Positions 29,410 through 40,843 of a stretch of DNA of 64,000 nucleotides are shown piece by piece; positions within the stretch are counted from its first letter, which is position 1, and each line of letters starts with the position of its first letter. Made by a program: the position numbers and the translations under genes. A model generated the notes under the pieces. That model was given only the letters and a program-made list of their open reading frames with translations. It did no database searches and had not been told where the DNA came from. Source of the stretch: Nitrospirales bacterium (GTDB taxonomy: Bacteria > Nitrospirota > Nitrospiria > Nitrospirales > UBA8639); assembly GCA_965223295.1 (NCBI GenBank), contig CBDCWC010000002.1:32001-96000 (forward strand). The letters run 5' to 3'.

Positions 29410-31926
29410 TTAGTTCTGGGGAAATTGTTGGTTGCTGGAGACCAGCGGTTCGTCGATTCTGACACGGGAGGCCAGTGCCTGTATCTGGTCAATGTGCTGC
29501 TTCATGAGGGTGAGATTCTCAGCCTTTGCGGCAGCTTCAAGTTCACTGGCTGGCTCGAAAAAGACATCAAATCCTACCGTTCCTCCCGCTCCCTTCAACC
29601 AATGAGCGAGTTTTGCTGAGGCATCAAAGTCCTGCTCTGAATAAGCCGTTTCCATAGCTTGTAGCTGTGTTTCCAAACGACCGACAAAATTGGAAATAAT
29701 CCGTGCAAATTTGGGATTGGCGGAATCCAATCTGGACACAATAGGGGAATTTCCCGTTTCTAAGCACAGAGATTCTTTGATGGCGTCTTGCAATGGCTGG
29801 TTGGGTTCGATGGGCGTGGCTTGGAGTATCTCGGCCAACTTTGTCAGAAAGTGGTTCAGGTCTATGGGTTTGGTGAGGAAATCACTGTACCCGGCAGAGA
29901 AGAGTTCTGGTTCAAATCCTTTCATGGCGTTAGCGGTTAGCGCGATGATTGGCATTTGGAAACCTTGATCCCGCAGCATTCGAGTCGCTGTTAAACCGTC
30001 TAGTTCAGGCATTTGAATATCCATCAGCACGAGATCGTAATCGGTCCTGGAGACCATTTCTACCGCTATGCGTCCATTGGCGGCTTCCTCAACGGTTAAG
30101 TCATAATCTTCCAACACGACTTTGACGAACTCACGATTTTCCGGCCCATCATCCACGACTAGAATTTTGGCGGGAGGGAAGTCCCAATGTATCGGTGCTT
30201 TATTTGTAGAAAGATTGCTGGCTGTGAGGGCCTGCTCGGGGGATATCCAAGTCATGGCGGCGGGAATGGGCGTCTCCAGGGTTACCTTGAAAGTACTTCC
30301 CATGTTCGGCTGACTCTCCACCGTAATGTCGCCACCTAAGGCGCGGGCAAATTTCCGGCTAATGGTTAATCCGAGTCCGGTGCCCCCAAATTTTCGCGTG
30401 ATAGAAGCATCAGCTTGTGTGAAGTCCTCAAAAATACGTTCCATAGCTTCAGAGCTCATGCCCACTCCAGTATCGGAGACATCAATATGAAACCGCAGCG
30501 TGTGATCATTGATCGGTTGGGCATAGGCCTTCACGGTAATCCCGCCCTCCTCCGTGAATTTCACCGCGTTCCCCACAAGGTTCGTGATGATTTGCCGTGT
30601 GCGTCCCGGGTCGCCAATGATGGATGACGGCACATCATCCTGGAGTTGAAGATCCAAGCCGATCCCTTTGTCTTTGGCCTGAACACCAAGAACCTGCACG
30701 ACTTCGAGAATGATGGTATAGGGGGTAAACTCGACCTGCTCGATCTCCAGCCGGCCGGACTCGATTTTGGAAAGATCCAAGATATCGTTAATGAGTTCTA
30801 ATAAATGTTTTCCACTGGAATGGATAATTTCCAGATGATGCCGGGTTTCTTCCGAGTCCCGTCCGAATCCACGCTTGAGGAGTTCCGTGAAACCTAGGAT
30901 GGCATTCATGGGTGTTCGGATTTCATGGCTCATGTTGGCTAAGAACGCGCTCTTGGCTTGGTTAGCCGCTTCGGCGGCTTCTTTGGACTTCAGTAACTCA
31001 ATTTCAGCTTCTTCTAACTGGGTCACATCATCAAAACTGGCGAGGACTCCAACGTATCTTCCCCCGCTGCCGAGGATGGGGGAGCAGTTGATCATAAACG
31101 TCATGCGTTCGTCGTCGGATAACGTGAGGCGCACTCGCTGATTTATTTGCGCCTTACCTGATTCCAAGGCTATATGCCACGGGTGTTGCATGGCGTCGAG
31201 AGATTGTCCATGGGCATCTGCCCAGGGGAACTCCAGGACTTGCCGTCCCAGTAATGCCTCAGGTGTTGTGTGGAGTAAGGTCGCAAAAGCCCGGTTGGCC
31301 AACATAATCTGTTCCTTGTTGTCCAAGACCAACAGGCCTTCGGCCATAGTGTCCAGCGCGGACCGTACTCGCTCGGGAACGGCTTGAGAGGGATCAAGCT
31401 GCTTCAACATTTTGCCCAGATAAAAGTAAAACCCAAAGAAGCATGCTACTGCCACGTAGGTTAAGACCAACAGGTAAGAACCCGCAATCATGTCAACCAA
31501 ACCATTGCTGCCGATTGCATTGAATCGTAATTCCACTTGGCCCCATTGGGTTTCGCCTTCCCAAATTGGGACGGCAACTTGAGAGAGGGTGGAGGAGTCT
31601 CCAGCGGCATGATTGATATTCCAGTAGTCCTCGTGCTTGCCAATCGTCACGAGGAGGTCTCCAGATTCAGTGCGCAAGGCTGCAGAGAGCAGGTCCTCGT
31701 TGCGGTCGACCACGAGCTGTAAAGTCCCTTCGAGTCGGTCAAGATCTCTTTGCGTTAGAAAAATTGAAGTGTTGGCGGCAATGGATTCCGCCAATGCCGT
31801 TCGTCCCTCACGCACCGCTGCCGTTCGGTCTGGGATAAAACCTAAGAAGCTGGCTGTCAGCAGAACGCTGATGACCAGGCAGACTTGGCCAATGGCTAAT
31901 CGAGACTTTGTTGAAAGAATATTCAT
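29410..31926 (-). CDS. Membrane hybrid histidine kinase (TM-sensor-TM-PAS-HisKA-HATPase-REC-Hpt)
   Basis: [53 protein letters not shown]. Confidence 0.95.
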   Translation of the reverse strand: MNILSTKSRLAIGQVCLVISVLLTASFLGFIPDRTAAVREGRTALAESIAANTSIFLTQRDLDRLEGTLQLVVDRNEDLLSAALRTESGDLLVTIGKHEDYWNINHAAGDSSTLSQVAVPIWEGETQWGQVELRFNAIGSNGLVDMIAGSYLLVLTYVAVACFFGFYFYLGKMLKQLDPSQAVPERVRSALDTMAEGLLVLDNKEQIMLANRAFATLLHTTPEALLGRQVLEFPWADAHGQSLDAMQHPWHIALESGKAQINQRVRLTLSDDERMTFMINCSPILGSGGRYVGVLASFDDVTQLEEAEIELLKSKEAAEAANQAKSAFLANMSHEIRTPMNAILGFTELLKRGFGRDSEETRHHLEIIHSSGKHLLELINDILDLSKIESGRLEIEQVEFTPYTIILEVVQVLGVQAKDKGIGLDLQLQDDVPSSIIGDPGRTRQIITNLVGNAVKFTEEGGITVKAYAQPINDHTLRFHIDVSDTGVGMSSEAMERIFEDFTQADASITRKFGGTGLGLTISRKFARALGGDITVESQPNMGSTFKVTLETPIPAAMTWISPEQALTASNLSTNKAPIHWDFPPAKILVVDDGPENREFVKVVLEDYDLTVEEAANGRIAVEMVSRTDYDLVLMDIQMPELDGLTATRMLRDQGFQMPIIALTANAMKGFEPELFSAGYSDFLTKPIDLNHFLTKLAEILQATPIEPNQPLQDAIKESLCLETGNSPIVSRLDSANPKFARIISNFVGRLETQLQAMETAYSEQDFDASAKLAHWLKGAGGTVGFDVFFEPASELEAAAKAENLTLMKQHIDQIQALASRVRIDEPLVSSNQQFPQN

Positions 31927-31943
31927 CGTCAGTGTTGCCGAGG

Positions 31944-34900
31944 TCAGCGGGACTGTCGTGGTAAACCAGTCTTCCTTTCTGGAGGTTCGGGAGTGGCAGC
32001 TGGTTTTTCAAACATGGTTTCGAGCGAATCTTCTTTGGAGAGGTCCTGATTCTTCGTCCCTTTCTTTCTTCGTTTTCTTGCCGGAGCGTCTAAAATTAAC
32101 AAGGGATTCACAAACTGCCAGGCTGGAACCGTCGACAAGAGAGCCGTGAGAAGGACGCCGCTTCGAAGGAGCCAGATAATATACCCGACGGAAAGTCCGG
32201 TAGAGGCCGCGAGGCTCGAGACCACATACATTTGTTCCGTTTCGGATATCGTATTGAGAGTGTCACGTGCTTGGTCAAGGCTGTTGAGCAATCCGGAAGA
32301 GGGGTTCAGCAAGGCTTGAACCTCATGTTTGAAATCGATAGTTTCAAATGGCAGTTGTAAGAGACTCAAGAGTTCATTGGCGGTGGCCCCCCGGCCTATC
32401 CTGCCGTCGAGAGCTTGGAGCGTTTCGGCATCATTCCCTTGAGATGTGTTGAACGAATCTGGGCCCTTCTGGTTGTCTTCGGAGAGGTTTGAGCCATGAC
32501 TGGAACCAAATCCCTGGGACTCAGTCACAAAAAACTCTCCACTTCCTGGTAATTCTTCCTGTGTATCTCCTTCGTCAGGCGGCGGTGGAGATTCAGGTGA
32601 TGGATCCGGAGGAGGCGGCAGAACAACAAGTGGCAGATCGGTGACTGTGACGGCAATGGTCTGTGTATCGGTTAAGGTCCCATCAGAGGTTTGCACGATC
32701 ACGTCATAGACGTTGTTGGCCCCTACGTCCGTTGGAGCTTGTAGGTCTGGAGCCGTGATGAAGGTCAGCGCGCCAGTGGTGGAGTCTATGCTGAATTGGG
32801 CGGCATCAGCCCCGCCGATAATGCTATAGGTTAGTGGCGTGCCTTCGGGATCTGTGGCTGAGACATTGGTGACAGCGGTGTTGCCAGCTAAGACAGTGGC
32901 GGTGGCGGTGGCACCGCCTCCATTTGACGTAATGCGGGGTGCATCGTTTTGAGGGGTAATGGTGAGATTCACCATTGCGCCGTTCGATACGGTCCCGGCA
33001 AAGTCCTGGATGGTATAGGTAAAACTGTCCGTCAGGGTCTCCGAACCGTTATGGGTATAGACCACGGTTCCATCAGTGTTGATCTGGGTGATTGTGCCGT
33101 TTGTTGGCCCGGAAACGATGGTGATGCTGGTCAAATCGAGGCCGTCGTCGGCATCCGAATCATTGCCCGCCACATTCAATGTGGCAGAGGCCCCTTCGTT
33201 AACGGTGAACGTGTCGGAAACCGCGGTGGGTGAGGTGTTCGTGGCCGTGACAAGAAGTGTGGTGCGGGCCGCGGCACTGTCAGCCGAGCCATCGTTGACG
33301 GTGACATCAATCAGCCGGTTTCCACCGGTGGGTGTGTTGGTGTCTGTGTGTTGATACTGAATGGCTTGGATCAAGGTTTCAGCTTGGGCTTCGGTGAAGA
33401 CGCCGGCGCTTTGTCTGGTAATCGTGAGGGTCGCGGTTCCGGCACCAGTGGCCACGGCGACGTGATAATTGCCTCCTGAGGTATTTTGACTGGCAACTGC
33501 TGTGCCCAAAGCAAATGTATCGCCGTCGAGAATCAATATTTCGGCATTACCATCCTGGATTCCGCTGATAGTAAGCATGACATTAGCGAAGGAGCCGCTA
33601 TCCACATCAGTGACGGTGGCATCGCTGTCAACGATGGCTACAGGCGCTCCACCTTCGGTAAACGTAGTTTGATAGCCGGTTCCGGTCGCACCAGAACTGT
33701 CATCGGCATCCAGGTCGAGCGTGGGCAGATTGTTTACGGAATTAATGGTGACAGTAATGGATCCTGTCGTGTCTAATGCGCCACCGCTGCCTTGGGCGCC
33801 GGTATTTCCGTCGTTAAAGGTGAAATCGATTTGGACGCTGACGGGCGGGTTGCTGCTGGCGTTGGCGTAGGTCAGGCGGTTTAAGAGTTGATCTACCAAG
33901 GTTGAGGTGGCATTTCCGTTAAACGTGATGACCAGCGTCCCGCCACTATTGGTGGTGGCGGTCCCGATGGTGGTGCCGCCTAACACAATGGAGCTGCCTT
34001 CCATGAGCGATCCTGTAACGCCAGCTGCGCTGAAGCGGTCATCCGCATTGGCGCCGCCATTGCGCGCAAGCGTCAATGTGGCGCCGTTATAGTTGTTAGC
34101 CACATCCAATTCAGGATCAGCGATGGTGGCGTTGGAGTCCAGGACTACGGCTATGCTGCCTTCGGTAAAGACAGGGGTGGCATCAAGGCCGCTAAAAGAT
34201 GGGGGTTCATTGACGGGGTTTACGTTGATCGTGGATCGGGCGGTTGTGCTGCTTAATGCTCCATCGCTGACCTGTACGTCTATGAAGCGATTGCCATCGG
34301 TGGGCGTGCTCGTATTGGTATGTTGGTACTGAATGGTTTGGATCAGCGTTTCGGTTTGAGCCAGGGTCCAGGTGCCTCCTCCGGCTTTCGTGATGGTGAC
34401 GTTGGCGGTTCCGGTTCCGGTGGTGATGACGACATGGTAAAGCCCCCCAGAGGTATTCTGCCCCGCCTCAGCCGTGGCTAGAGCAAAGGTACTTCCATCC
34501 AGCTCTAGGATTTCTGCGTTGCCGTCCAGAAGCCCGATGATTGCCAATGTTACGGATGTAAAGGCCGTGCTGTCAGGATCGGATAGCACGGCATCTGTAT
34601 CGGCAATGGATACCAAGCTTCCGCCTTCTGTGAACGTAAGTTGATAATCGATGCCGCTAGCGCCCGAACTGTCATCGGCATCCAGGTCTAATGTCGGGCC
34701 ATTGGATGCCACGTATTCGTAAGAGCCGATATCCACGTTCGCATCGCGGGTGGTGCTGCGTTGGTCAACAGCAGGCGCGCCGATGGAGTTGCCTGCGTTA
34801 ATAGCAGGGCTTCCGGCCAACAACGCATGGGTGAGCGTGGCTCCGCCGTTATTGGCCAACACACTCAACAATGGGTCCACGTTGTTCTGGTCCGAGGGAT

Positions 34901-36620
34901 CGCCTAACAAGGCTGTGCCATCACTGTCGATGTTGTTGCCCAGAGAGGTCAGGGCTACATTGGAATTACCTCCAACGTGATTCACCAAAATGGTGTTTTT
35001 CAGGCTGATTGATCCACTGCCGGCTAGGTTAATGCCATCATTGCCGGCATTCGAGGCAATCGTGGAGTTGGTGAGTGTCGTCGTGCCTCGGTTAAAAATG
35101 GCTCCGCCGTTTCCCACCGCACTGTTGCCGCTGACTGTGGTATTCAGCACTGTGGTGGTTGCTCCGCCCTGTATGGCCAATCCACCGCCCGTGTTGGCGC
35201 TGTTGTTCACAATGGCCACGCGATCCATAATTGCTGTGCCCAAAACGATTACCCCGCCGCCGCTGCCTGTGGTGGTATTGTCCCGCACAATGGCGTCTTG
35301 TAGCGTGAGCGTGTTGCTTGGGCCGACCCAGAGTCCTCCACCTCCCAACAGACCCGTTTCTCCGTTCTGAGCGGTGAGCCTGGAGATGGTAGCAGTGTTA
35401 CTGTGGACGGCGAATATCCGGTCCGGTGTGCTGCCAAGCCCGGAAGCATCAATGATGGTGGTTGTGGCGGAATCGCCAACAATAGTGACATCTTGTAGTA
35501 TGTCTAAGTCGCCGAAAGTGGCATCTGGCGCAAGTTCGTTGCTGGCGCCGATTGAGAGGGTATAGGTTCCAGCACTCAGGACGATTGTGTCTCCGCCTGA
35601 ACCGGCATTGGCTTGCAGAACGGCTTCGCGTAGCGACGTGACGCCATCACCAGCATCGATGACATCGGCAAAGGTCGTCACGTTGATGGTGGCTAGTTTG
35701 CCAATCCACTCTTCTTGCGTGGAGCTATCGATCACGACGTGCGAGTCAATCGTTCCGGTTTGATATTCCAGATCCCAGTTAGCGCCGTACTGCAGGCTGC
35801 CGGTGTTGTCGGTACTGGCGGCCAGGTCGGCGCCGGTAAGTTTGGCCAATAACCTGGCGGCAGCGCTCCCCGCATCGCCTTGTCCAAAGTCACAGCCGTA
35901 GATAAGAAGGTCTGCGTCTTCCGTTAAGGCTTGATGAATCGTGGCTAGTTCATCGGCGTAGGCATCTTGCATGGACATCATGTTGAGCACTCCTGTTCCC
36001 AGTTGCAATTCGCCTTGATTGCCATGAGAAATGACATGAATTGCGTCGATGCCAGACCGGTCTTTCAAGATTTCAGCCATTTGTTCGATGCCGTCTCTGG
36101 TCGGATCTAAAAGAATCACATCGGCATTAGGATCAATGCCTTCCATGAGTGTCTGATAGTCATTGATATTGGTATCGATGAATACAACTTCCTGTCGACT
36201 AGTGGGCGCTGCAACTGTGGATAGCGCTGACTGAAGATTAATGCTGTCCGTGAATGGATTTGAACGAGATTCAGATTCGGGTGGTGTACTGATTTCTTGA
36301 AGGTTGCGATCTTGAGTGATCTGATCCTGAATCACTTCCACCCCGGTGAGAAGGGCCGCCCCGTCAAACATAATTCTTGGCTCCAGAGGCAGCAGTAAAC
36401 CAATGCTTTGAAACGGTTGGTGCTCATTGGAAGGTCGGTAGGGATGTTTCTTTCTGTGTGAGGCACCTTGATTGAATCCTTGCCCCAGAATCGTGTGCGT
36501 GATTTTTGGGAGAAATCGCTGGACCCAATTCTTGCGTAGTGTAGGGGGGACAAGGTGGGATAGACCTGTATCCCTCTTGCTGTGTGTGCGTCTCATCACA
36601 TCCATTAGTTCCAAGAACAT
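31944..36620 (-). CDS. Large surface protein A: LEPR motif, DUF4347, SLREA beta-helix/choice-of-anchor-Q-like region, Ig/cadherin repeats, Pro linker, C-terminal hydrophobic motif
   Basis: [17 protein letters not shown]...SHG...LLIYGCD...LAASTDNTG...[45 protein letters not shown] repeats; GGAGG RBS before ATG 36620 (ORF open to 36695). Confidence 0.9.
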   Translation of the reverse strand: MFLELMDVMRRTHSKRDTGLSHLVPPTLRKNWVQRFLPKITHTILGQGFNQGASHRKKHPYRPSNEHQPFQSIGLLLPLEPRIMFDGAALLTGVEVIQDQITQDRNLQEISTPPESESRSNPFTDSINLQSALSTVAAPTSRQEVVFIDTNINDYQTLMEGIDPNADVILLDPTRDGIEQMAEILKDRSGIDAIHVISHGNQGELQLGTGVLNMMSMQDAYADELATIHQALTEDADLLIYGCDFGQGDAGSAAARLLAKLTGADLAASTDNTGSLQYGANWDLEYQTGTIDSHVVIDSSTQEEWIGKLATINVTTFADVIDAGDGVTSLREAVLQANAGSGGDTIVLSAGTYTLSIGASNELAPDATFGDLDILQDVTIVGDSATTTIIDASGLGSTPDRIFAVHSNTATISRLTAQNGETGLLGGGGLWVGPSNTLTLQDAIVRDNTTTGSGGGVIVLGTAIMDRVAIVNNSANTGGGLAIQGGATTTVLNTTVSGNSAVGNGGAIFNRGTTTLTNSTIASNAGNDGINLAGSGSISLKNTILVNHVGGNSNVALTSLGNNIDSDGTALLGDPSDQNNVDPLLSVLANNGGATLTHALLAGSPAINAGNSIGAPAVDQRSTTRDANVDIGSYEYVASNGPTLDLDADDSSGASGIDYQLTFTEGGSLVSIADTDAVLSDPDSTAFTSVTLAIIGLLDGNAEILELDGSTFALATAEAGQNTSGGLYHVVITTGTGTANVTITKAGGGTWTLAQTETLIQTIQYQHTNTSTPTDGNRFIDVQVSDGALSSTTARSTINVNPVNEPPSFSGLDATPVFTEGSIAVVLDSNATIADPELDVANNYNGATLTLARNGGANADDRFSAAGVTGSLMEGSSIVLGGTTIGTATTNSGGTLVITFNGNATSTLVDQLLNRLTYANASSNPPVSVQIDFTFNDGNTGAQGSGGALDTTGSITVTINSVNNLPTLDLDADDSSGATGTGYQTTFTEGGAPVAIVDSDATVTDVDSGSFANVMLTISGIQDGNAEILILDGDTFALGTAVASQNTSGGNYHVAVATGAGTATLTITRQSAGVFTEAQAETLIQAIQYQHTDTNTPTGGNRLIDVTVNDGSADSAAARTTLLVTATNTSPTAVSDTFTVNEGASATLNVAGNDSDADDGLDLTSITIVSGPTNGTITQINTDGTVVYTHNGSETLTDSFTYTIQDFAGTVSNGAMVNLTITPQNDAPRITSNGGGATATATVLAGNTAVTNVSATDPEGTPLTYSIIGGADAAQFSIDSTTGALTFITAPDLQAPTDVGANNVYDVIVQTSDGTLTDTQTIAVTVTDLPLVVLPPPPDPSPESPPPPDEGDTQEELPGSGEFFVTESQGFGSSHGSNLSEDNQKGPDSFNTSQGNDAETLQALDGRIGRGATANELLSLLQLPFETIDFKHEVQALLNPSSGLLNSLDQARDTLNTISETEQMYVVSSLAASTGLSVGYIIWLLRSGVLLTALLSTVPAWQFVNPLLILDAPARKRRKKGTKNQDLSKEDSLETMFEKPAATPEPPERKTGLPRQSR

Positions 36621-36904
36621 AGTATTCCTCCATCTCTCTTTTCGGGAACTTGGATGACGATCTGGAAAATCTTTTGAGAGAACTTTTCCGAACACTGCCA
36701 GTTCTGAGAAATTCTTTCTAATTAATGGATATTACAGAAAGAACTGAAGGGACAGAAGAACGAATAAGTGAAAGTATTCAATATCAAGGAAATATGAACC
36801 GAAAGATTGAACTGGAATCTTATACTTAGGAACTGAGGGTTTTGTGGGGAGAGCTGCTTCTCGGCCTTTCTGAATAAAGACGCATAGGATCTGTTGCAAG
36901 ATAA

Positions 36905-38479
36905 ATGATGAAAGACAATTGTAAGGCTTTGGCAATGGCATCAACATCTATTCATCGATGGATGTGTCTAATGGTGAGTAGTTTCATGTGTGTTGTGGGA
37001 GGCTGTGCGATCGTTCCTGAACCTCTCACTTCCGAAGAGTTAGAACAGCGTGTTCAAAATGATCTCCAGAATCTCAGTGGGTATCAGGAGCCTGTTGCTC
37101 GCCCCATAACCTTGTATGATGCTATGGCTCGGGCATTGAAGTTTAATTTGGAAGCCCGTGTCCAAGGGTTGAAGGAAATGGTAGCGCATCGGCAATTGGA
37201 TCTCGCACATTATGATATGTTACCAAAATTGGTTGCGGATGGGGCCTATAACGGACGTTCAAATTTTGCTGGTGCGCGAAGCCGCTCTTTGCTCTCAGGG
37301 CAAACATCTTTAGAGCCGTCTACCTCGTCAGATAAGGATTTGTTTACGGCGAATCTCACCTTAAGCTGGGATGTTTTAGATTTTGGCTTGTCATATGTCC
37401 GAGCGCAACAAGCATCGAATGATGTGTTGATAGCGGAAGAAGATAAACGACGCATTGCCAATCGTGTCATTCAAGAAGTCCGTTCGGCTTTTTGGAAAGC
37501 TGTCGGGGCGGAACGAGCCCTTGGGCGTCTATCCTTTTTAGACGATTGGGTGACGAAAGCCATTCAAGAGACCCGGGTGATTCGAGCCAGGGCCTTGGAG
37601 GCACCGCTGACCTCTCTCCAATATGAACGAGAACTCCTACAGGCTCAACAAGAAATACAGCAGCTGTATCAAGAACTTTCGGTGGCCAGAATTCAACTTG
37701 GGGAACTCATGAATTTGCAGCCTGGAGAGCCGTATGAACTGGTGAAACCTAAGCGGACGCCACCAGTCTCAAAGGTTAGGGACAATCTGGAGAAGTTGGA
37801 ACAACAAGCTTTACTTAATCGTCCTGAGTTGCGCACGGTGGACTATCAGAAACGTATTAATGCCAAAGAAACTAAGGTGGCCATTTTAGAACTGTTGCCA
37901 AGTCTCAATGTCTACCTTGGAGAAAATTATGATAGTAATTCGTTTCTATTTCATGATAATTGGCTGAGTTATGGAGCAAAAATCAGCTGGAATCTTATGA
38001 ATGTTTTCAGACATCCAACTCGGTTGCAAGTCATTGATGCTCAGGACGAAGTGCTGAATGCACAAAGTTTGGCGCTGACGATGACGATCATGACACAAGT
38101 GCATGTGGCCGTTGCCCAGTACGAGGCTGCCTTAAGGGAAGTCAAAATCGCTCAGCGGTATTTCGCGACGCAACTGAAAATAGCCACTCATGTTCAGCGG
38201 GCTTGGTCCTTGAATCGGCTGAGTGAACATCGTGTGATTCGAGAAAAGGTTCAAGGGTTGTTAGCCGAATTGCGGCATGAAATGGCGTTAGCCAAGTTAG
38301 AGATGGCTTATGCCAATCTATTAGCAGCCATAGGCGAAGATCCTTTCCCTGCGAAATTATCTGATGACGATTTGGACGAATTGGCCGATGCGTTGGAGCA
38401 ACGCTGGGAATTGTTAGAGCAGCATGCCATGGTTTCACCTGTGAATATGGAACAACCAGAAGGAGTGTTACAGCCATGA
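36905..38479 (+). CDS. TolC-family outer membrane channel (lipoprotein)
   Basis: VGGC lipobox; AMARALKFNL, LSWDVLDFG, ALLNRPELR, LLPSL outer-membrane efflux repeats. Exact start uncertain. Confidence 0.9.
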   Translation: MMKDNCKALAMASTSIHRWMCLMVSSFMCVVGGCAIVPEPLTSEELEQRVQNDLQNLSGYQEPVARPITLYDAMARALKFNLEARVQGLKEMVAHRQLDLAHYDMLPKLVADGAYNGRSNFAGARSRSLLSGQTSLEPSTSSDKDLFTANLTLSWDVLDFGLSYVRAQQASNDVLIAEEDKRRIANRVIQEVRSAFWKAVGAERALGRLSFLDDWVTKAIQETRVIRARALEAPLTSLQYERELLQAQQEIQQLYQELSVARIQLGELMNLQPGEPYELVKPKRTPPVSKVRDNLEKLEQQALLNRPELRTVDYQKRINAKETKVAILELLPSLNVYLGENYDSNSFLFHDNWLSYGAKISWNLMNVFRHPTRLQVIDAQDEVLNAQSLALTMTIMTQVHVAVAQYEAALREVKIAQRYFATQLKIATHVQRAWSLNRLSEHRVIREKVQGLLAELRHEMALAKLEMAYANLLAAIGEDPFPAKLSDDDLDELADALEQRWELLEQHAMVSPVNMEQPEGVLQP

Positions 38480-39315
38480 AATCAAAAATTTCAATCACCG
38501 TAATATGTGTGGCGGGCCTCATGGTGGGAAGTGGAGACAACAGTCTTGCGAAAAAAGGAAGCCTTCAATCTGCCAATCTGAATGCTGTTCGTGGAATAGT
38601 CAAGCCCACTCAAGAAGCCGTCATTTCTAGTGAATTACAAGCCCGAGTCAAACAAATCCCTTTTCGGGACGGGCAACGGTTTAAAAAAGGAGACCTACTT
38701 ATTGAATTTGACTGTTCGAAATACTTGGCAGAACTAGCGGCGGCCAAAGCTGAATTCGAGGCACGGGAAAAAACGGCTATCAATAATAAGGAGTTAGCCA
38801 AACTCCATGGCATAGCTCAGCTAGAAGTTGATATCTCTCGGGCAGAGGTCAAACAGGCCAAAGCGGCTGTGAGAAGTGCCAATTTGGCCGTCAGACATTG
38901 CCGAATTACGGCCCCATTTTCGGGACGGATAGTGAAAACGCTCGTTCATCCTTATGAAAGTGTGAATCCTTATGATGAAGTGATGAGTGTGTTAAATGAT
39001 CAGAATTTCGAAATTGAATTGATTCTACCGTCCACGTCTCTGCGGTGGGTGGCGAAAACCAGCCCATTTAAATTTTTTATTGATGAAACCCAAGAAGTCT
39101 ATGCTGCTGAAGTCGTCGATATTGGGGCTCGTGTGGATCCCGTGAGTCAAACCATTCGTATCTTTGGTCAGTTTAGGAAGCAACCGAAGCAGGTGTTGGC
39201 GGGCATGAGCGGGAGTGCCAGATTTACCGATCGAAAGCTTATATCTCAAAACAAGAAATCAACCTTCAATCCCAGTACATCGCCGAGTCCTTCAGCCAAA
39301 ACAGCAAAAAAGTAA
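38476..39315 (+). CDS. Periplasmic adaptor (HlyD/MFP-like), short
   Basis: Signal peptide; FKKGDLLIEFDC, CRITAPFSG, RVDPVSQT, LAGMSG; overlaps the upstream stop. Confidence 0.88.
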   Translation: MKSKISITVICVAGLMVGSGDNSLAKKGSLQSANLNAVRGIVKPTQEAVISSELQARVKQIPFRDGQRFKKGDLLIEFDCSKYLAELAAAKAEFEAREKTAINNKELAKLHGIAQLEVDISRAEVKQAKAAVRSANLAVRHCRITAPFSGRIVKTLVHPYESVNPYDEVMSVLNDQNFEIELILPSTSLRWVAKTSPFKFFIDETQEVYAAEVVDIGARVDPVSQTIRIFGQFRKQPKQVLAGMSGSARFTDRKLISQNKKSTFNPSTSPSPSAKTAKK

Positions 39316-39379
39316 GTCGCTTTGACATTATGTACAGGCTTGACCATTTCCAGCGTATAGAGTTGTCGGTCTTCAACGC

Positions 39380-40843
39380 ATGAGCCAGAATTTTCGAGAC
39401 ACATGCCAGTCTTCTGTTGGTGCGGGGGTGATGGAGCCTCCAGCACCCACTCAAGCTTCATCAGCGTCAACAAGTGGGCAATCTTCGGCACCGCCGGACA
39501 AGGGTTCTGACATTGATCCTCAATTGCTGTTGGCCCTTCTGCAATTAGAAAGTCAGGTCCGTGCTGCGCAAACTGTCAAAGAGTTATGTTTTCTCTTAGC
39601 CAATGAAACTCGCCGTCTTATTGGGTTTCGGCAGGCCTGTGTATTTTCCTTTGGCACGAATTTACGCCAGGCTTGCCAAGTTGAGGTGGTGTCGAGTGTG
39701 GCGATTGTGGATCGAAAATCTCCTATGGTGCAGTGGATGGAAGAAGTTGTGTCCGACCTCTGGGGTCGGCAGGCGTTGCAAGCCCCATGTCATTTGAATG
39801 TCGAGCAATGTGCCAAGCATCTTCAAGCCGATTGGAGACGGTTTGCCTTTCCACATGTGTTGTGGTGTCCCATTGTTTGGAATAGCCAACAAGTGATGGG
39901 AGGGGTCTGGCTGGCACGGGAACGTCCCTGGCAAGAAGGTGAAATTCAATTGATTCGGCGATTTGCCGAAACGGCAGCCCATGCCTGGAATGCTTTAGGG
40001 AAAACCAAGACTTCTGTTAAAAATTGGACATTGTCTCAACGTTGGTTATGGGTTGTGTTGGTCCTGATGGTTGGAGTGATGTGTGTGCCGATTCGGCTAT
40101 CAACCTTGGCTCCGGTTGAAGTGGTAGCTCATGAACCAGCCGTGGTGACAGCTCCGCTCGATGGAGTCATTGCTGAAATTTTCGTTGAACCCAATACCGT
40201 GGTGACAGAAGGACAGGCACTGTACCGCTTTGAAGACACGAAATTTCGTAACGACTATGAAGTCGCTGAGAAAAACTTAGCAGTAGGGTTTATGGAATAT
40301 CGAAAAATGACTCAGGGTGCATTTGTCGATGATGAAACAGGTGCAGGGATGCCTGTGCAAGCTTCTGAAGTGCGGTTGAAAGAAACCGAACGGGACTATG
40401 CCTGGGAAATCTTACAGCAAGTGGAGGTGAAAGCCCCAAGGGGAGGCATTGTCCTGTTCAATGATAAATCCGACTGGATCGGGAAGCCTGTGGTAATTGG
40501 AGAACGGATCATGGAAGTGGCAAATCCGAAAGAATATGAATTAAAAATTGATCTACCTGTGGAAGATGCGATTGTCTTGCGGGAGGGGGCCGAGGTTGAG
40601 GTTTTTTTAAATGCAGATCCCTTGGGAGCGATTCCTGCCAGTTTGTCCCATGCCAGTTACCATGCCGAAGTGTTGCCCGATAATGTGTTGGCCTATCGAG
40701 TGAAAGCCAAGGTTACTGAGCCACCAGAATCCATTCGGATCGGGTGGCAAGGTACGGCTAAGATTTATGGTGAACGTGTATCGCTCTTTTTCTATTTGTT
40801 CCGACGACCGCTGTCCGTCTTTCGCCAAACCGTAGGCTGGTAA
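39380..40843 (+). CDS. Membrane fusion protein with N-terminal GAF-like cytoplasmic domain
   Basis: N-terminal alpha/beta domain (LANETRRLIGFRQA...GGVWLARERPW..GEIQLI), one TM, then VTAPLDGVI, VKAPRGG and IRIGWQGTAKI adaptor motifs. Alternative start 39431. Confidence 0.85.
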   Translation: MSQNFRDTCQSSVGAGVMEPPAPTQASSASTSGQSSAPPDKGSDIDPQLLLALLQLESQVRAAQTVKELCFLLANETRRLIGFRQACVFSFGTNLRQACQVEVVSSVAIVDRKSPMVQWMEEVVSDLWGRQALQAPCHLNVEQCAKHLQADWRRFAFPHVLWCPIVWNSQQVMGGVWLARERPWQEGEIQLIRRFAETAAHAWNALGKTKTSVKNWTLSQRWLWVVLVLMVGVMCVPIRLSTLAPVEVVAHEPAVVTAPLDGVIAEIFVEPNTVVTEGQALYRFEDTKFRNDYEVAEKNLAVGFMEYRKMTQGAFVDDETGAGMPVQASEVRLKETERDYAWEILQQVEVKAPRGGIVLFNDKSDWIGKPVVIGERIMEVANPKEYELKIDLPVEDAIVLREGAEVEVFLNADPLGAIPASLSHASYHAEVLPDNVLAYRVKAKVTEPPESIRIGWQGTAKIYGERVSLFFYLFRRPLSVFRQTVGW

